A stretch of 64,000 nucleotides of DNA from Octopus bimaculoides (lineage: Eukaryota), in the NCBI RefSeq assembly GCF_001194135.2, contig NC_068983.1:164239461-164303460 (forward strand), written 5' to 3'. The translations under genes and the position numbers were made by a program. Shown here piece after piece: positions 51,496 to 64,000 of this stretch; position 1 is the first letter of the stretch; each line of letters starts with the position of its first letter. Under the pieces are notes generated by a model, which made no database searches, was not told where the DNA came from, and worked only from the letters and a program-made list of their open reading frames with translations.

Positions 51496-52690
51496 TATTC
51501 ATTCTTAACACATCCTGGCAAATTCAAACATGAATATCTGATAGATACTGCTTTTATGTTATCAATGAACATTCTCCCCACCCCCTACAGATGGTGTGTA
51601 TTCATAACACATGCAATTCACCAGTCAAAGGGGACTTTGAGACACCATGCTGTTTTAACCTTATTGTATGTATCCTCAGTCAAAGTTATCCTCCCAGGTA
51701 AATGAATCTCACACAAAAGGACAAGGTCTTGTTCACAGAACTCAGCAAACAAATTATTTGTTGATCTCTGCCAAACATAATAATTCATGGGTTGCACGTG
51801 GAACAGTGAGAATCCAAACAATGATGTGTCTATTCATTCTTAACACATCCTGGAAAAAATTCAAACATGAATACCTGATTAATGTTGGTTTTATGTCATC
51901 AATGAACATTCTCCCCCACTCCCTACAGATGACGTGTATTCATAACACATGCAATTCACCAGTCAAAGGGGACTTTGAGGCACCATGCTGTTTCAACCTT
52001 ATTGTATGTCTCTTCAGTTAAAGTTATCCTCCCAGGCAGATGGTTCTAATACAAAAGCACAAGATCTCGTTTGTGGAAATCAGCAAATAAATTATTTGTT
52101 CATCACTGCTAAGCAGATAGTAAATCATGGGGTACACACAAAACAGTGAGAATCCAAACAATGATGTGTCTATTCATTCTTAGAACATCCTGACAACTTC
52201 AAACATGAATACCTGATTAATGTTGGTTTTTGTCCTCAAAGAACATCTCTTCCCTTTAAAAAATGTGTGTCCATAACACATGTATTTCACCAGTGTAAAA
52301 GGACTGAGACACTGCAGTGTTTCAACCTTATTGTATGTCTCCTCAGTCAAAGCTACCCTGCCAGCAGACGACTAAGAAAAACAGACGCTCTTGTTTATAT
52401 AATTCAGCAAACAAATTATTTATTGATGCATGCTGATGTCTGCTAACAGATAATAATTCAGGGAGAATCCAAGCAATGATATATCTATTTGTTCATAATA
52501 CACTCTGGCAAATTCAAACATGAATATCTGATTGATATTCATGTATCAGCAAATACTTTGTTTGCTGATTTCTTTGAATAAGAGCCTGTACACTCATCAG
52601 ATTCATAGCTCCAGTTGGGTGGCATTCACTGAGGAGACACTCAATAAGGTTGAAACTTTGCAGTATCTGAAAGTCCATTTACTCTAATGA
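51496..52690. repeat. ~335-bp tandem repeat (3.2 diverged copies) followed by an inverted partial copy
   Basis: Unit starts at 51496, 51831, 52171 and ~52486. 52545-52690 is the reverse complement of the unit middle (TTTCAACCTTATTG..CTCCTCAGT..CAGCAAACAAA). Confidence 0.85.
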
Positions 52691-52700
52691 ATCTCATATA

Positions 52701-53465
52701 CAAGTACTGAACCTCTTATCTGGAATCCAGATATCTGGAATCCAGATATCTGGAATTACCAGAAATCTGGCTATTTTTGAAACTGATTAGCTTTGAATTT
52801 TGTGGGATGTAGTAGATTGACACGAGGTTGCTTTGTTTTGGCTTTAAGAATTCTAAGTTGCTTAATAAAGATCAAACAAACCCTGTTTTAGAAATGTATT
52901 AATTTGTATATTTTATACTGTTTTGTTCTTTACTTTTCATTGTTTATTTTATATACCGTAAATCCTCGAGTATAATCAGCATTTTTTCCCCAAAATTTAA
53001 AGGTCAAAATTTCTAGTGCGTACTATATACGAGGTTAAAAATGAAAAATATTTTCGAAGCAAAATTTTCTAAGTGATAAATATGTAAAGGCAATTTACTT
53101 AATATTTATTTTTCACTGACATTATTACTGTTATTTCTTTATTTTCTGCAAAGTGCACAAAGAAGCTACATGTTTGCATTATATTATATATACAATAATA
53201 ATAAAGGACGTTACCGTATATACGTTTACAAACCAAGGACGTTATATAGACCTCATTGACTCAAGTTAGAGAAGGGGTGTGTATTATACACAAAGTTCAG
53301 GTTTTTCAGAGGTACAGCCCCCTAAAAATCCCCATGCGTATTATACTCAAGGGCGGACTATACTTGAGGATTTACGGTATTCAGCCTGTGTCCAGAAATC
53401 CAGAAAGTCCAGGAATCCGGATCACCTCTGGCCCCAAGGTTTTCAGATAAGAGGTTCGGTACCTG
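52701..53465. mobile_element. Tc1/mariner (pogo/Tigger-type) MITE, outer element
   Basis: TA|CAAGTACTGAACCTCTTATCTG at the left end and CAGATAAGAGGTTCGGTACCTG|TA at the right end. Confidence 0.8.
52956..53377. mobile_element. Tc2-like MITE nested in the previous element
   Basis: TA|CCGTAAATCCTCGAGTATAATC and GACTATACTTGAGGATTTACGG|TA (22 bp, 2 mismatches). Tc2-type TIRs begin CCGTA. Confidence 0.85.
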
Positions 53466-54209
53466 TATTATGTACACACATCAGACAATGTGTGTTCTAA
53501 TGTTGACTAAAAGAGGGATGAAAAGCAACAGCAATCAGATATTCATGCTTGAATCTGCCATTGAAGATTAACAATGAATAAATATGTTATTGTTTGGGTT
53601 CTTGCTGGTCTGCACGCACAGCCCCGTGGACTGTGGACCTTATGCTAAGGTCTGACTGTTAATATGAATTAAAAAGCAACCCCAGAACTCATATTTTATA
53701 TCTTTACTGGTCAATGAAACACTGATTTAAAATTTTAGCCCAAGGCCAGCATCGTCACGGGAGGAGACAAGTCAACTACATCAGCTCCAGTACACAACTG
53801 GTACTTATTTTATTGATCCCGAAAGAATGAAAGGCAAAGATGACCTCGGCAGAATTTGAACTTAGAACGTAAAGACAAATGCTAAGCATCTTGTCCAGAG
53901 TGCTAATGATTCTGCCAGCTCACCACCTTGACCAGGTCATGGAATATGTTGACCATAATTGTTTGTAACATAGAATGGGCAGAAGGTCTGGGATTTAGGA
54001 GCAGGGTGTTAGTTGATCTAATCAGCCCCAGGACCTGGCAAGGGGTTTATTCTATCGATCTCAGAAGTGATGATTGGCTAAGTTGGTGCCAACGGGATTT
54101 GAACTTGGAACATGAATGGCCAGAGAGAAACGCTGAAAAGTATTTTGGCCAATGTGCCAGACAATGGTGATGATGATGATGATGATGATGAGGATGAGGA
54201 TGATGATGA

Positions 54210-54240
<31 letters not shown>

Positions 54241-54559
54241 GGTGATGATGATGATGATGATGATAATAATGCTAATGATGATGATGATGATGATGGCGAT
54301 GAAAAGGAGAAGGTGGATAACATTTTGGAAGATGATAGGAAAAAAGAGAGAAATGGGAAAGGAAATAAATAGAAGATGAAGAAAGAGGAGGAGGAGAAGA
54401 CAGGGACGATGGAAGGGGGGGGGGAAGAAGGATGAGAAGAAAAGAGGAGAGGAAGAAGGGAAGAAGGAGAAGGAAAAATAGAAAAGGAAGAGGGGAGGAA
54501 GAGAGGAAGAAGGAGGGGAGGAAGAAGGAGGGGAGGAAGAAGATAAGAAGGAGGAGGAG

Positions 54560-54660
54560 AGAGAAGAAGAAGAAGAAGAAGAAGAAGAAGAAGAAGAAGA
54601 AGAAGAAGAAGAAGAGGGAGAAGAAGAAGAAGAAGAAGAAGAAGGAGAAGAAAAAGAAGA
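54560..54660. repeat. (GAA)n tract
   Basis: Directly visible. A (CACT)n tract lies at 49835-49955. Confidence 0.95.
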
Positions 54661-54994
54661 ATGGCGTTGTTCAGTTGACGAAGGAAGAAAACATAGGAGT
54701 GAGATAGGAACAGGTCAAAGTTCATAAATTAAGGAGGAACAGGTATTATTATTGCTGTTCTTGTTGTTGTTAAAGCTGTACCTTCATGACTTGATAATGA
54801 ACCAGTGAAGAAAAGATGAAGTAGGAGGGGGGGGGCAGAAGTGTGCACCTGAATGAAAGAAATTCTAATAAACCATTGTCAAGGAGACCCAACTGCACAG
54901 TCTTCGAATAATCTGCCAAAGTTCAGTTGGCGAAATATATAATCAGGAGACTTTCTTATGAACCTTCCAATGGTTCCCATAAAATGGTAAAGTA

Positions 54995-55491
54995 ATGATT
55001 GCTTGTAATTCTAGTACATACACACACATGCACACACACACACACACACACACATACATACGTATATACACACAAACACACACATGTACATATGCACATA
55101 TATACATACATATGTATATATATGTATATGTATGTGTATATAATAAGACACCCCTTTTTAATTTTATATATATATATGTACACACACATACATATAGATA
55201 CACACACACATGTATATATATACATACATACACACACACAAACACACATGTACATACGTACATATATATATACATATGTATATATGTATATAAACCACCC
55301 TTTTCAATTTTATATATATATATGTACACACATACATATATATACACACACACATGTATATACATATATACATACACAAACACACAACATATGTATATAC
55401 ATACATATGTATATATGTATATATATATATATGTATATATTATAACAAACCACTTCTTTTCAATTTTATATATATATGTACACACACATAA

Positions 55492-55544
<53 letters not shown>

Positions 55545-55555
55545 TATACATATAG
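54995..55555. repeat. Compound (CA/TA)n minisatellite with ~150-bp period
   Basis: The spacer CCC(T)TTT(C)AATTTTATATATA recurs near 55150, 55295 and 55450. Confidence 0.7.
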
Positions 55556-55889
55556 TGGAAACTAATTCCTGTGCAAAACGTCCAAGTTTATATGACAAGA
55601 GGACGATGCCAATAGTTGGCCTATAACTGCTGTAACATAAGATTTATCTTTAATGTAGTGTGGGGAATGAGCCAAAATGGTAATGGAATTACATTGACGT
55701 AGTACGATACAACGATGCGAGGAAAGAGTCTTTTATTCCATGTGGGATGTGAACAAATGAAATGAAATGATGCGAGAATGATGCACAGGGATGAACCATT
55801 TCAAAAAGATTAACAAATTTACAATAAGAACTGAAACGAAAATACCACGGAAATAGTTTTATGTTTCACGAATATCATCACTGTTATCA

Positions 55890-56090
55890 TCATTACGTTT
55901 TCCATGCTGGCATGTGTTGGATGGGGCTTTACAGTTGCAATAGGTATGTATTCAGTGGTACTGGCCCCTAGACCTCAACTTACGTTTAATTTTGACTTGG
56001 TTTCTGCAGCTGGCCCTTTCTAACACCAACTATTCCTTCAGTGAGGGTCCATGGTGCATTTTTGTAGCACCAGCATTAGGGAGGTAGCTT
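55890..56090 (-). mobile_element. Diverged RTE 3' tail copy
   Basis: TTTTCCATGCTGGCATGTGTTGGATGG...TTTCTGCAGCTGG...CTAACACCAAC. Confidence 0.55.
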
Positions 56091-56539
56091 TGTCATCAAC
56101 ACAACCAAAGGAATCCTTTTTACAGAATGAGAATCTTTAGTGATGGAGGCATGAAAGGACCAAGTAGTGATGATGGGATGGAGTGATAGAAATAGGATTG
56201 ACAGATGTACTCTTCATTCTGAGATAAGTATGAATATTCAAGCCAATATGAGATGACGGGGCAATGACAGACAGGTGTGTGATTCAGGAGTAAAGACTGA
56301 TGGAGATGATGATGATGATGATGAAAAGGAGATGGTGGATAACATTTTGGAAGAAGATAGGAAAAGAGAGAGAAATGTGAAAGGAAAGAAGAAGAAGAAG
56401 AAGAAGAAGAAGGGGAGGAGGAGGAGGAGGAGGAGGAGGAGGAGACACATGCAGGGACACATGCAGAGGAGGGATGGATGGAGGATTGCAGAAAGCATGC
56501 AATGGTTGAAGAATGCCAGTTTCTGAAACAATGTAATTC

Positions 56540-57161
56540 TTTTCCCTTTTTTATTTTTTTAGTTGTCTCAGTTATTAGACTGTGGCCATGCTGGGGCACT
56601 GCCCCGGAAAACTTCAGAGTCATGCAAATCGACCTCAGTACTTATTTTTTTGTTTTTTAAGCCTGTTACTTATTCTATTGGTCTCTTTTGATGAACCACT
56701 AAGTTACAAGGATGTAAACATAACAACACTTGTTGCAAAATGGTAGTGATGAACAAATACAGGCACAATGTCACACACACACACACACACACACACAAAT
56801 GTATCATCATTATCATTTAATATCCATTCTCCATGCTGGCATGGATTGGATGGTTTGACCAGGGTTAGTCAGCTGGAAGGCTGCAACAGGCTCCATATAT
56901 ATATATTGGGTTGGTGCATAATTATTGCAACTTTTTTTTTCAACAAATTTTATTTAACAAAAACAATAACAACACTTAACAAAAACATCTTTAAAGGATT
57001 ATTCCGGAGCATATTCACCATCCACTTCAATTACTGCTTCCCATTTGCTTGGCAAAAGGTCAGACCATCATTTAAAGTTGTTTTTGTTAAATATTGTTAT
57101 TGTTTTTGTTTGATAAAATTTGTTGAAAAAAAGCCGCAATAATTATGCATCAACCCAATAT

Positions 57162-57204
<43 letters not shown>

Positions 57205-57769
57205 NNNNNNNNNNNNNNNNNNNNNNNNNNNNNNNNNNNNNNNNNNNNNNNNNNNNNNNNNNNNNNNNNNNNNNNNNNNNNNNNNNNNNNNNNNNNNNNN
57301 NNNNNNNNNNNNNNNNNNNNNNNNNNNNNNNNNNNNNNNNNNNNNNNNNNNNNNNNNNNNNNNNNNNNNNNNNNNNNNNNNNNNNNNNNNNNNNNNNNNN
57401 NNNNNNNNNNNNNNNNNNNNNNNNNNNNNNNNNNNNNNNNNNNNNNNNNNNNNNNNNNNNNNNNNNNNNNNNNNNNNNNNNNNNNNNNNNNNNNNNNNNN
57501 NNNNNNNNNNNNNNNNNNNNNNNNNNNNNNNNNNNNNNNNNNNNNNNNNNNNNNNNNNNNNNNNNNNNNNNNNNNNNNNNNNNNNNNNNNNNNNNNNNNN
57601 NNNNNNNNNNNNNNNNNNNNNNNNNNNNNNNNNNNNNNNNNNNNNNNNNNNNNNNNNNNNNNNNNNNNNNNNNNNNNNNNNNNNNNNNNNNNNNNNNNNN
57701 NNNNNNNNNNNNNNNNNNNNNNNNNNNNNNNNNNNNNNNNNNNNNNNNNNNNNNNNNNNNNNNNNNNNN

Positions 57770-57801
<32 letters not shown>

Positions 57802-57950
57802 GCTTCTTTCATTTTCTGTCTACCAAATCCACTCACAAGATTTTGGCCAGTCTGAAGTTATAGTAGAAAACACTTGCCCAAGGAGCGATGCAGTGGAACT
57901 GAACCAAAAACCATGTAGTTGGGAAACAAACTTACCACACAGCCACACTA
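56540..57950 (-). mobile_element. SINE family A copy split inside its microsatellite by an RTE tail, a mariner MITE and a gap
   Basis: 3' half at 56540-56800 and 5' half at 57796-57950, on the same strand and in the correct order. Confidence 0.65.
56906..57158. mobile_element. Mariner-derived fold-back MITE
   Basis: TA|TTGGGTTGGTGCATAATTATTGC ends resemble Hsmar1/MADE1 TIRs. The ~90-bp inverted arms flank a centre whose minus strand encodes LPSKWEAVIEVDGEYAPE*. Confidence 0.85.
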
Positions 57951-58606
57951 CACCTATAATCCTAAAAATACTCTAAATAACAATTTTATCTTAAAATACA
58001 GAGAAATATCAGAGACCATGTTGTTTTCTTTCTTTCTTCCCCCAGCCCCACCCCGCTGCTGTTGTAAGTTAAACATAGATTATGACAGAAAGCCTAGAAG
58101 TCAAATTGTTACAACGAGAACTGGAAATCTGAAATCAAAATAATCCACAGTAAAGCCAGAGCATCAATTTTTTTTTATCATCTGTTTTTGATCTGTATAC
58201 AATGGTTATGTGAAATATAATCTATTGTATCAAGCAATCCTGGTTTTACAGCAGACTTATCTACAATCTTATTTAACCCTGATGTCAGCTATTCCAAAGG
58301 GTGAGGTTAAATTCGATATTCAAAGACAGTCTTGCAACAATACTTTTCATACAGTCTACAAAAGATTGTTTTATTCTTTTATTATCTGGCTAATTTCCAT
58401 CGTTGGAGTGTGGTCATGCTGGGGCATCACCTGTGAGGCTTTTAATCAACCACGTCATTCCCAGTACTTCATCAGGTGCTTTGTTTTTGGAACTTAGCGG
58501 TTTAGAGACCAATAGAATGAGTACCAGGCTTTAAAATGTTACTACGGGTCATTTCAGTGCCCCAGTATGGCCACAGTCTAATGATTGAAATAAGTCAAAG
58601 ATGTAG

Positions 58607-58996
58607 GTGCAGGAGTGGCTGTGTGGTAAGAAGCTTGCTTCCCAACCACATGGTTCCTGGTTCAGTCCCACTGCATGGCACCTTGGGCAAGTGTCATCTA
58701 CTATAGCCTGGGGCTGACCAAAGCCTCATGAGTGGATGTGGTAGACGGAAACTGAAAGAAGCTCATTGTATATATATATATGTATATATATATATATANN
58801 NNNNNNNNNNNNNNNNNNNNNNNNNNNNNNNNNNNNNNNNNNNNNNNNNNNNNNNNNNNNNNNNNNNNNNNNNNNNNNNNNNNNNNNNNNNNNNNNNNNN
58901 NNNNNNNNNNNNNNNNNNNNNNNNNNNNNNNNNNNNNNNNNNNNNNNNNNNNNNNNNNNNNNNNNNNNNNNNNNNNNNNNNNNNNNNNNNNNNNNN

Positions 58997-59029
<33 letters not shown>

Positions 59030-59275
59030 GTATTTATGTGTGCATGTCTCTGCGTCTGTGGTTGTCCCCCCTGCCACCATCACTTGAAACTGATGTTGGT
59101 GTGCTTACACCCCTTGTAACAAAGCAGTTCAGCAAAAGAGACCAATAGAATAAGTACTAGGCTAGCAAAAATAAATCCTGGAGTCGATTTGTTCGACTAA
59201 AGGCGGTGATCCAGCATGGCCACAGTGAAATGACTGAAACAAGTAAAAAAAGCAAAAAAATAAAAGATTATCTAT
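58607..59275 (+). mobile_element. tRNA-derived SINE family A, full length with internal (TA/TG)n microsatellite and a gap
   Basis: Head GCAGGAGTGGCTGTGTGGTAAG..GGTTCAGTCCC; body GGCACCTTGGGCAAGTGTC..GGAAACTGAAAGAAGC; 3' end CCAGCATGGCCACAGT..ATGACTGAAACAAGTAAAA. Confidence 0.85.
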
Positions 59276-60394
59276 TAACTTCAAGATTTTGGTGATGTGA
59301 TTGTATATATTTTGAATGACATTGTAAGATAGGTGTAAGAGGTTGGATCTGGTTGGTTTGAACATAAAACATGAAATATTTGAGTGAGATATGGCTGGTT
59401 TAAATGTTGAAGGGTTAAAGATGGTGGGGTGAGTGAAGCACAATATAAGGATATGTTAGAAGGAAGGGAGGGGAGAGTGGGTGACAACTGTAGAGGTTGG
59501 GTTGGGTTGAGGGGCGGATATAGTGAAAGATGGATAAAGGGGGTGGGTAGATGATTGACGATACCTGTGAGATGGGGAAAGTAGGAAGGGTCAGAATGAC
59601 CAACCATGCAGAGAAATGGAGAGGCTGAAGAGCAGTAGAATAGTAGACAGGAGAAAGATAAGAAAAGGTGTGTGTGTGAGAGAGAGGAGAATGTGCGGTT
59701 GGGTAGGGTGGAAGAGTGTGAGGGGGAAGAGGTAGGTATAGTGAATGGAGAGAGTGAGAGATGTGCGGTGGAGAAGGAGAGATAATTTGGTGGCATAGAC
59801 GAATGGTCAATGTAAAATGTGAGTGGAGAGGACAGTATTCAGAATGAAGAATGGATATCAAGTGAAATGGTTTTGGCTATTGAGAAAGATAAATGATATC
59901 AAGAAAAAACTGGTGAAATATGCAATTCTGCTCACATTTAATTACAGCAGCAGAATATGGTAGTTAGAGAGATGATGGGTGTGGGAATGGCTTGTTGACA
60001 TTATTTGTTTACCTGGGAAATAATCCTTTTATTGAAAAAAATAGGTATCTGCTGATAATAGAAAGAGCATCTTGACTTAAAATCTTGCCTCATGTATAGC
60101 ACCATGTGAATCCTTGCTAGCATGAAGAAAAATGGATGTTAAGTAATTGAACAAATAAGCGTTATGAAGATCTACAAATGTCTATAGCAAAAACCGAAAT
60201 TAAAAGAATATTCTTGATATCGCTGTCTACATTCTTTGCAGCAGATTCCACACATTACTGAAGGTCAGAGAGGAGCAACAGTCAAAGATGTGAACATCAT
60301 TTATGAATAGAAAGTGGAAACAGCAAAGTTATCTTTTTTTCTGAAGTGAGTCATTTATGTGGGTAATTAATAAAGAAATGAAATGTGCACAGCC

Positions 60395-60431
<37 letters not shown>

Positions 60432-60889
60432 ACAATCTGCTTATATATGGTTAAAATGGAAGGCATGTTTTTAAATATTCAACATAATTGGGAGAATAAA
60501 TTGAGAATAAATTGGCAGACAACCCTGGGGACATGAGACTTTCAAGATGAATAAACAAAGAAACTGGATACACAACATATTGGCTGATGTTTGTTTTTCA
60601 TATTTTATGAGGGTCAGAATATTATTTGCTATTCTCACTTATTAATTTTAAAATAACTTTTCTGTGTACAGATGGAATTTATAACATCTACAAGGTGCGA
60701 TGGGTAAATTGTCACCATTTTATATTTTTTATTTCGTACATGCACTTTGCTTGTTTTTTGATTTTGTCAGCTATACAGTATAGTAGGATCAGTTGGGCAC
60801 CAACTGTGAGAAAAATAGCACCATGACGTAATAATTCACTCTGACAGAAATTTAGAAACAACATGCTGTACTGCTTGGCATTCATGCTA

Positions 60890-61247
60890 GAAGCTCCAAT
60901 ACAAACAAATGGTGAACGCACAGAACAACCATTGGCTTCCTGTGTCCCTAAAACATGCACTGAGAGTGATAAATATCAAACATCCAGTCAGTATCATGGT
61001 GTTTGGAGTGATCACTAGTGATAGTGACGTTATGCCTCCATTCATCTTCCCACATTCATCTCCCCACATCCATCTTCCCTACATTAAGTGCTTGGAGGGG
61101 GTGGTGCTGCCCTGGGTCAAGAGGGTCACTGCTGGAAGACTCTGTGTCTGACAACAGGACTCTGCACCATGCCACTCACGCAGGAGAACCCAGACATGGC
61201 TGCCAGGCAATTTCTCTAACTACATCAGCCCTAACATCTGGCCACCT
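60890..61247 (+). pseudogene. DD37D (maT)-type transposase fossil
   Basis: Reads NAQNNHWL..KHPVSIMVFGVITSDSDVMPPFIFPH..YIKCLEGVVLPWVKRVTAGRLCV*QQDSAPCHSRRRTQTWLPGNFSNYISPNIWPP. There are 29 residues from D to WPP; adding the canonical NSPDxNPL gives 37. Confidence 0.85.
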
Positions 61248-61612
61248 ATGCATGTATGCAATAATTATAGTTTCACTTTTAGCAAAGTTTTTGATGTTTT
61301 GACAAAATGATGGAATAGATACGAATTTTCAAAAGAAAATCATTTATTACTTTTAAAATAAAATTAAATAAACTAATTTCTCACTTTTATAAATCCTCCT
61401 CCTCCATCACCACCGATACCCCACCCCACCACCTCTTCCACTGCCACCTCCTCCACTTCCACCTCCTCCACTGCCACCTCCTCTAAGATTCTTTGTTTTT
61501 CATTGTTTGTGTGCATGTGTGAAGCATTTGTTTACTCATTGCCAGCCACCAAACCTAGCATGTGCACTCATCCTATTCCTCTTGTGATAACTCCCTCTGT
61601 ATTTCTCTTTTA

Positions 61613-61657
<45 letters not shown>

Positions 61658-62101
61658 CTTCTCTCGCTCACTTTCCCTGGTCCAGCTTGTGGTATGAACC
61701 CAACTCCTGAAAATGTTTCCACTTGCATGACATTAGTGAGACATATGAGTTCGAGAACTTAAATTTAATCTCAAATTTTTCATTTTTTTCACAAGTTTCA
61801 CCATGATCTTAATCTATCTATCTACCTCCCTCCCTCCCTACCTACCTGTCTGTCTGTCTGTCTACCTATCTATCTACATCTCTCTCTATATATATATATA
61901 TGTTTGTGTCTGTGTGTGCATGTGTGTATGCGTGCATGTGTGTATATTTCAATCATTCGTTCTGTTTTCCTATATCTGTAATATCTGAGAATTCATACAA
62001 AATTATCTTTTATTGATTTCTGCATTTACATGATTCCATTTGGTTCTTCCATATACATATACATACCTACATACATATACATGCATACACACACACACAC
62101 A

Positions 62102-62151
<50 letters not shown>

Positions 62152-63506
62152 CAGACTAGATGTTGCATCTCTTAATTCAATTATCACCAGGGTTGTGCTA
62201 TAATGGATTGTATTTAACTTGTACATTGTCCATAATCTCTGGAGTGATTAAATATCTACTAGTGTATTTATTCATTATATCACATCCTGACTTTACACAT
62301 CAAATTTTGATCCATTTATTTCAGTTTCCTTTACAGTTTTTCACTTTTCATCTCAATATTTCTTTTTATCTATATTACATCACTCTAGCTTATTAGATTT
62401 GGTACAAATCTAATTATAATTATACCAATTTGCTTCGTTATTCCATACCTTTTCATATATTGAATTCTCTCATGTTTAAATACATTTTAAATAGTGTAAC
62501 CAACAATGTTTGATTTTACCATTATTTACCAGTATTTATCCTTATTCATGGTTGTAGCATTATCATTGGGAAATTTGGTATCCCGGCTTCAACAAATATT
62601 GCTGAAAGTCAAATCTTCTCATTCAATAACTCTTTATTCAAGAATTTATTGTGCCCAGTTTATTTTTAAGTTCATTACCGTTCTTTAAATCTATTGTCCA
62701 GTTTCCACTAACCCCGTTATTTGGAAGATTTCTGTTCATTGTGGCTTGTTGCCTAATATGTGTCTTACAGCATTAGAAAAAATAGGGTTGCATCACTTGA
62801 TTATAATTTTGCTCTTGTTTGCTGTTTTTGTTTTGCGTCAATGGATTGTTTCATTCTACTTGTTCGATTGGCAATTTGAAGACCATTGTATTTTGAGTAA
62901 CTTCCTATAACTTAATAGTAATTCGTATGTATATATGATGGTCTCTCTCCCATTGGAGATGCCATAGGAGTTTTCAAGTTCTGCTGAAGGACCTGCAAAA
63001 ACGATTCGTTTATAAGAGATCAAATGTCCATGCCACATGTAAGTTCCCTACTTCCCTCAAATTGACATTTTCTGAACAGGTGCACTGTGCACCATGTTTC
63101 GGGTGTTAAAGAGATTGCAGAGCAATGTGAGATGATGTGGTTTGCTCAAGAACACAACACACCACCCAATCTAGGAATTGAAACTATGATATCTTGAACA
63201 AGAGTACAACACACAGTTCTTTGACTCTATCCTTCTGAAGATAAGACGCTGAGCCAAAAATATATAAAGGCTTTTCGACTTCCATTTTGTATTTTTACCA
63301 GATTTCCTCATTTCCTTTTCCACCAATTATTCTATATAGATATACGTGTGTGTGTGTGTCTGTGTTATGAAAAGCTTGCTTCTCAACTACATGGTATGGG
63401 GTTCAATCCCACCTTGTGCACCTACGGCAAGTGTCTCCTGCTATAGCCCAAAGCTGGCTAAAGTCTTGCGAGTGGATTTGATAGATGGAAATTGAGAGAA
63501 GTCCAT

Positions 63507-63545
<39 letters not shown>

Positions 63546-63599
63546 ACACACACACACACACATATATTTATATATACATACATATATGTGTATATATAT

Positions 63600-63985
63600 G
63601 TTCTTTTATTCTTATATTTGTTTCAGTCATTTGACTATGGCCATGCAGGAGCACAGCCTTTAGCAAATCGACCCCAGGACTTATTTTTTGCAAGCCTAGT
63701 ACTTATTTTATCGGTCTCTTTTGCTGAACTACTAAATTACAGGAGCGTAAATACACCAGCATCGGTGATCAAGCGATGTTGGTGGGAGAAACACAAACAC
63801 ACTAACATACACACATATATGATGGGCTTCTTTCAGTTTCTATCTACCAAATCCACTCACAAGGCTTTGGTCCGCCCGAAGCTATAGTAGATGACACTTG
63901 CCCAAGGTGCCATGCAGTGGGACTGAACCCGAAACCATGTGGTTGGGTAAGCAAGCTACTTACCACTGAACCACTTCTGCACCTA
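63600..63985 (-). mobile_element. SINE family A, full-length minus copy; a 5' half on the plus strand lies at 63368-63545
   Basis: Reverse complement of the family A head, body and tail. Confidence 0.85.
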
Positions 63986-64000
63986 TATATATATATATAT

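Noticed and set aside
52570-52610. CTGATGAG..GAAA on the minus strand of the tandem repeat
   Set aside because: The stem is not adjacent to GAAA and there is no stem I.

Overview
This is repeat-saturated, AT-rich eukaryotic DNA with nine N gaps. The repeat repertoire looks cephalopod (Octopus-like); that assignment is an inference from pattern recognition, not from a search. I found no host protein-coding gene I can support. Nearly all ORFs in the track come from (TA)n, (CA)n, (GAT)n and (AAT)n microsatellites or from repeat copies. The window holds: more than 20 3' ends of an RTE-clade LINE, with a variable array of ~65-bp hairpin units and (GAT)n tails; three families of tRNA-derived SINEs; four fragments of restriction-like-endonuclease (R4/Dong-type) LINEs; two DD37D (maT)-type transposase fossils, one split by an internally deleted RTE; a Ty3/Gypsy pol fossil; and five MITEs. 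The most interesting signal is a set of minimal type I hammerhead ribozyme motifs of the Penelope type, in four unrelated sequence contexts. One of them sits at the 3' end of a composite element built as tRNA-like head, (AAT)n spacer, hammerhead, and this element occurs in inverted pairs. All alignments and folds were done by eye. Most coordinates are approximate to about 10-20 bp; TIRs, TSDs and ribozyme stems were indexed exactly.
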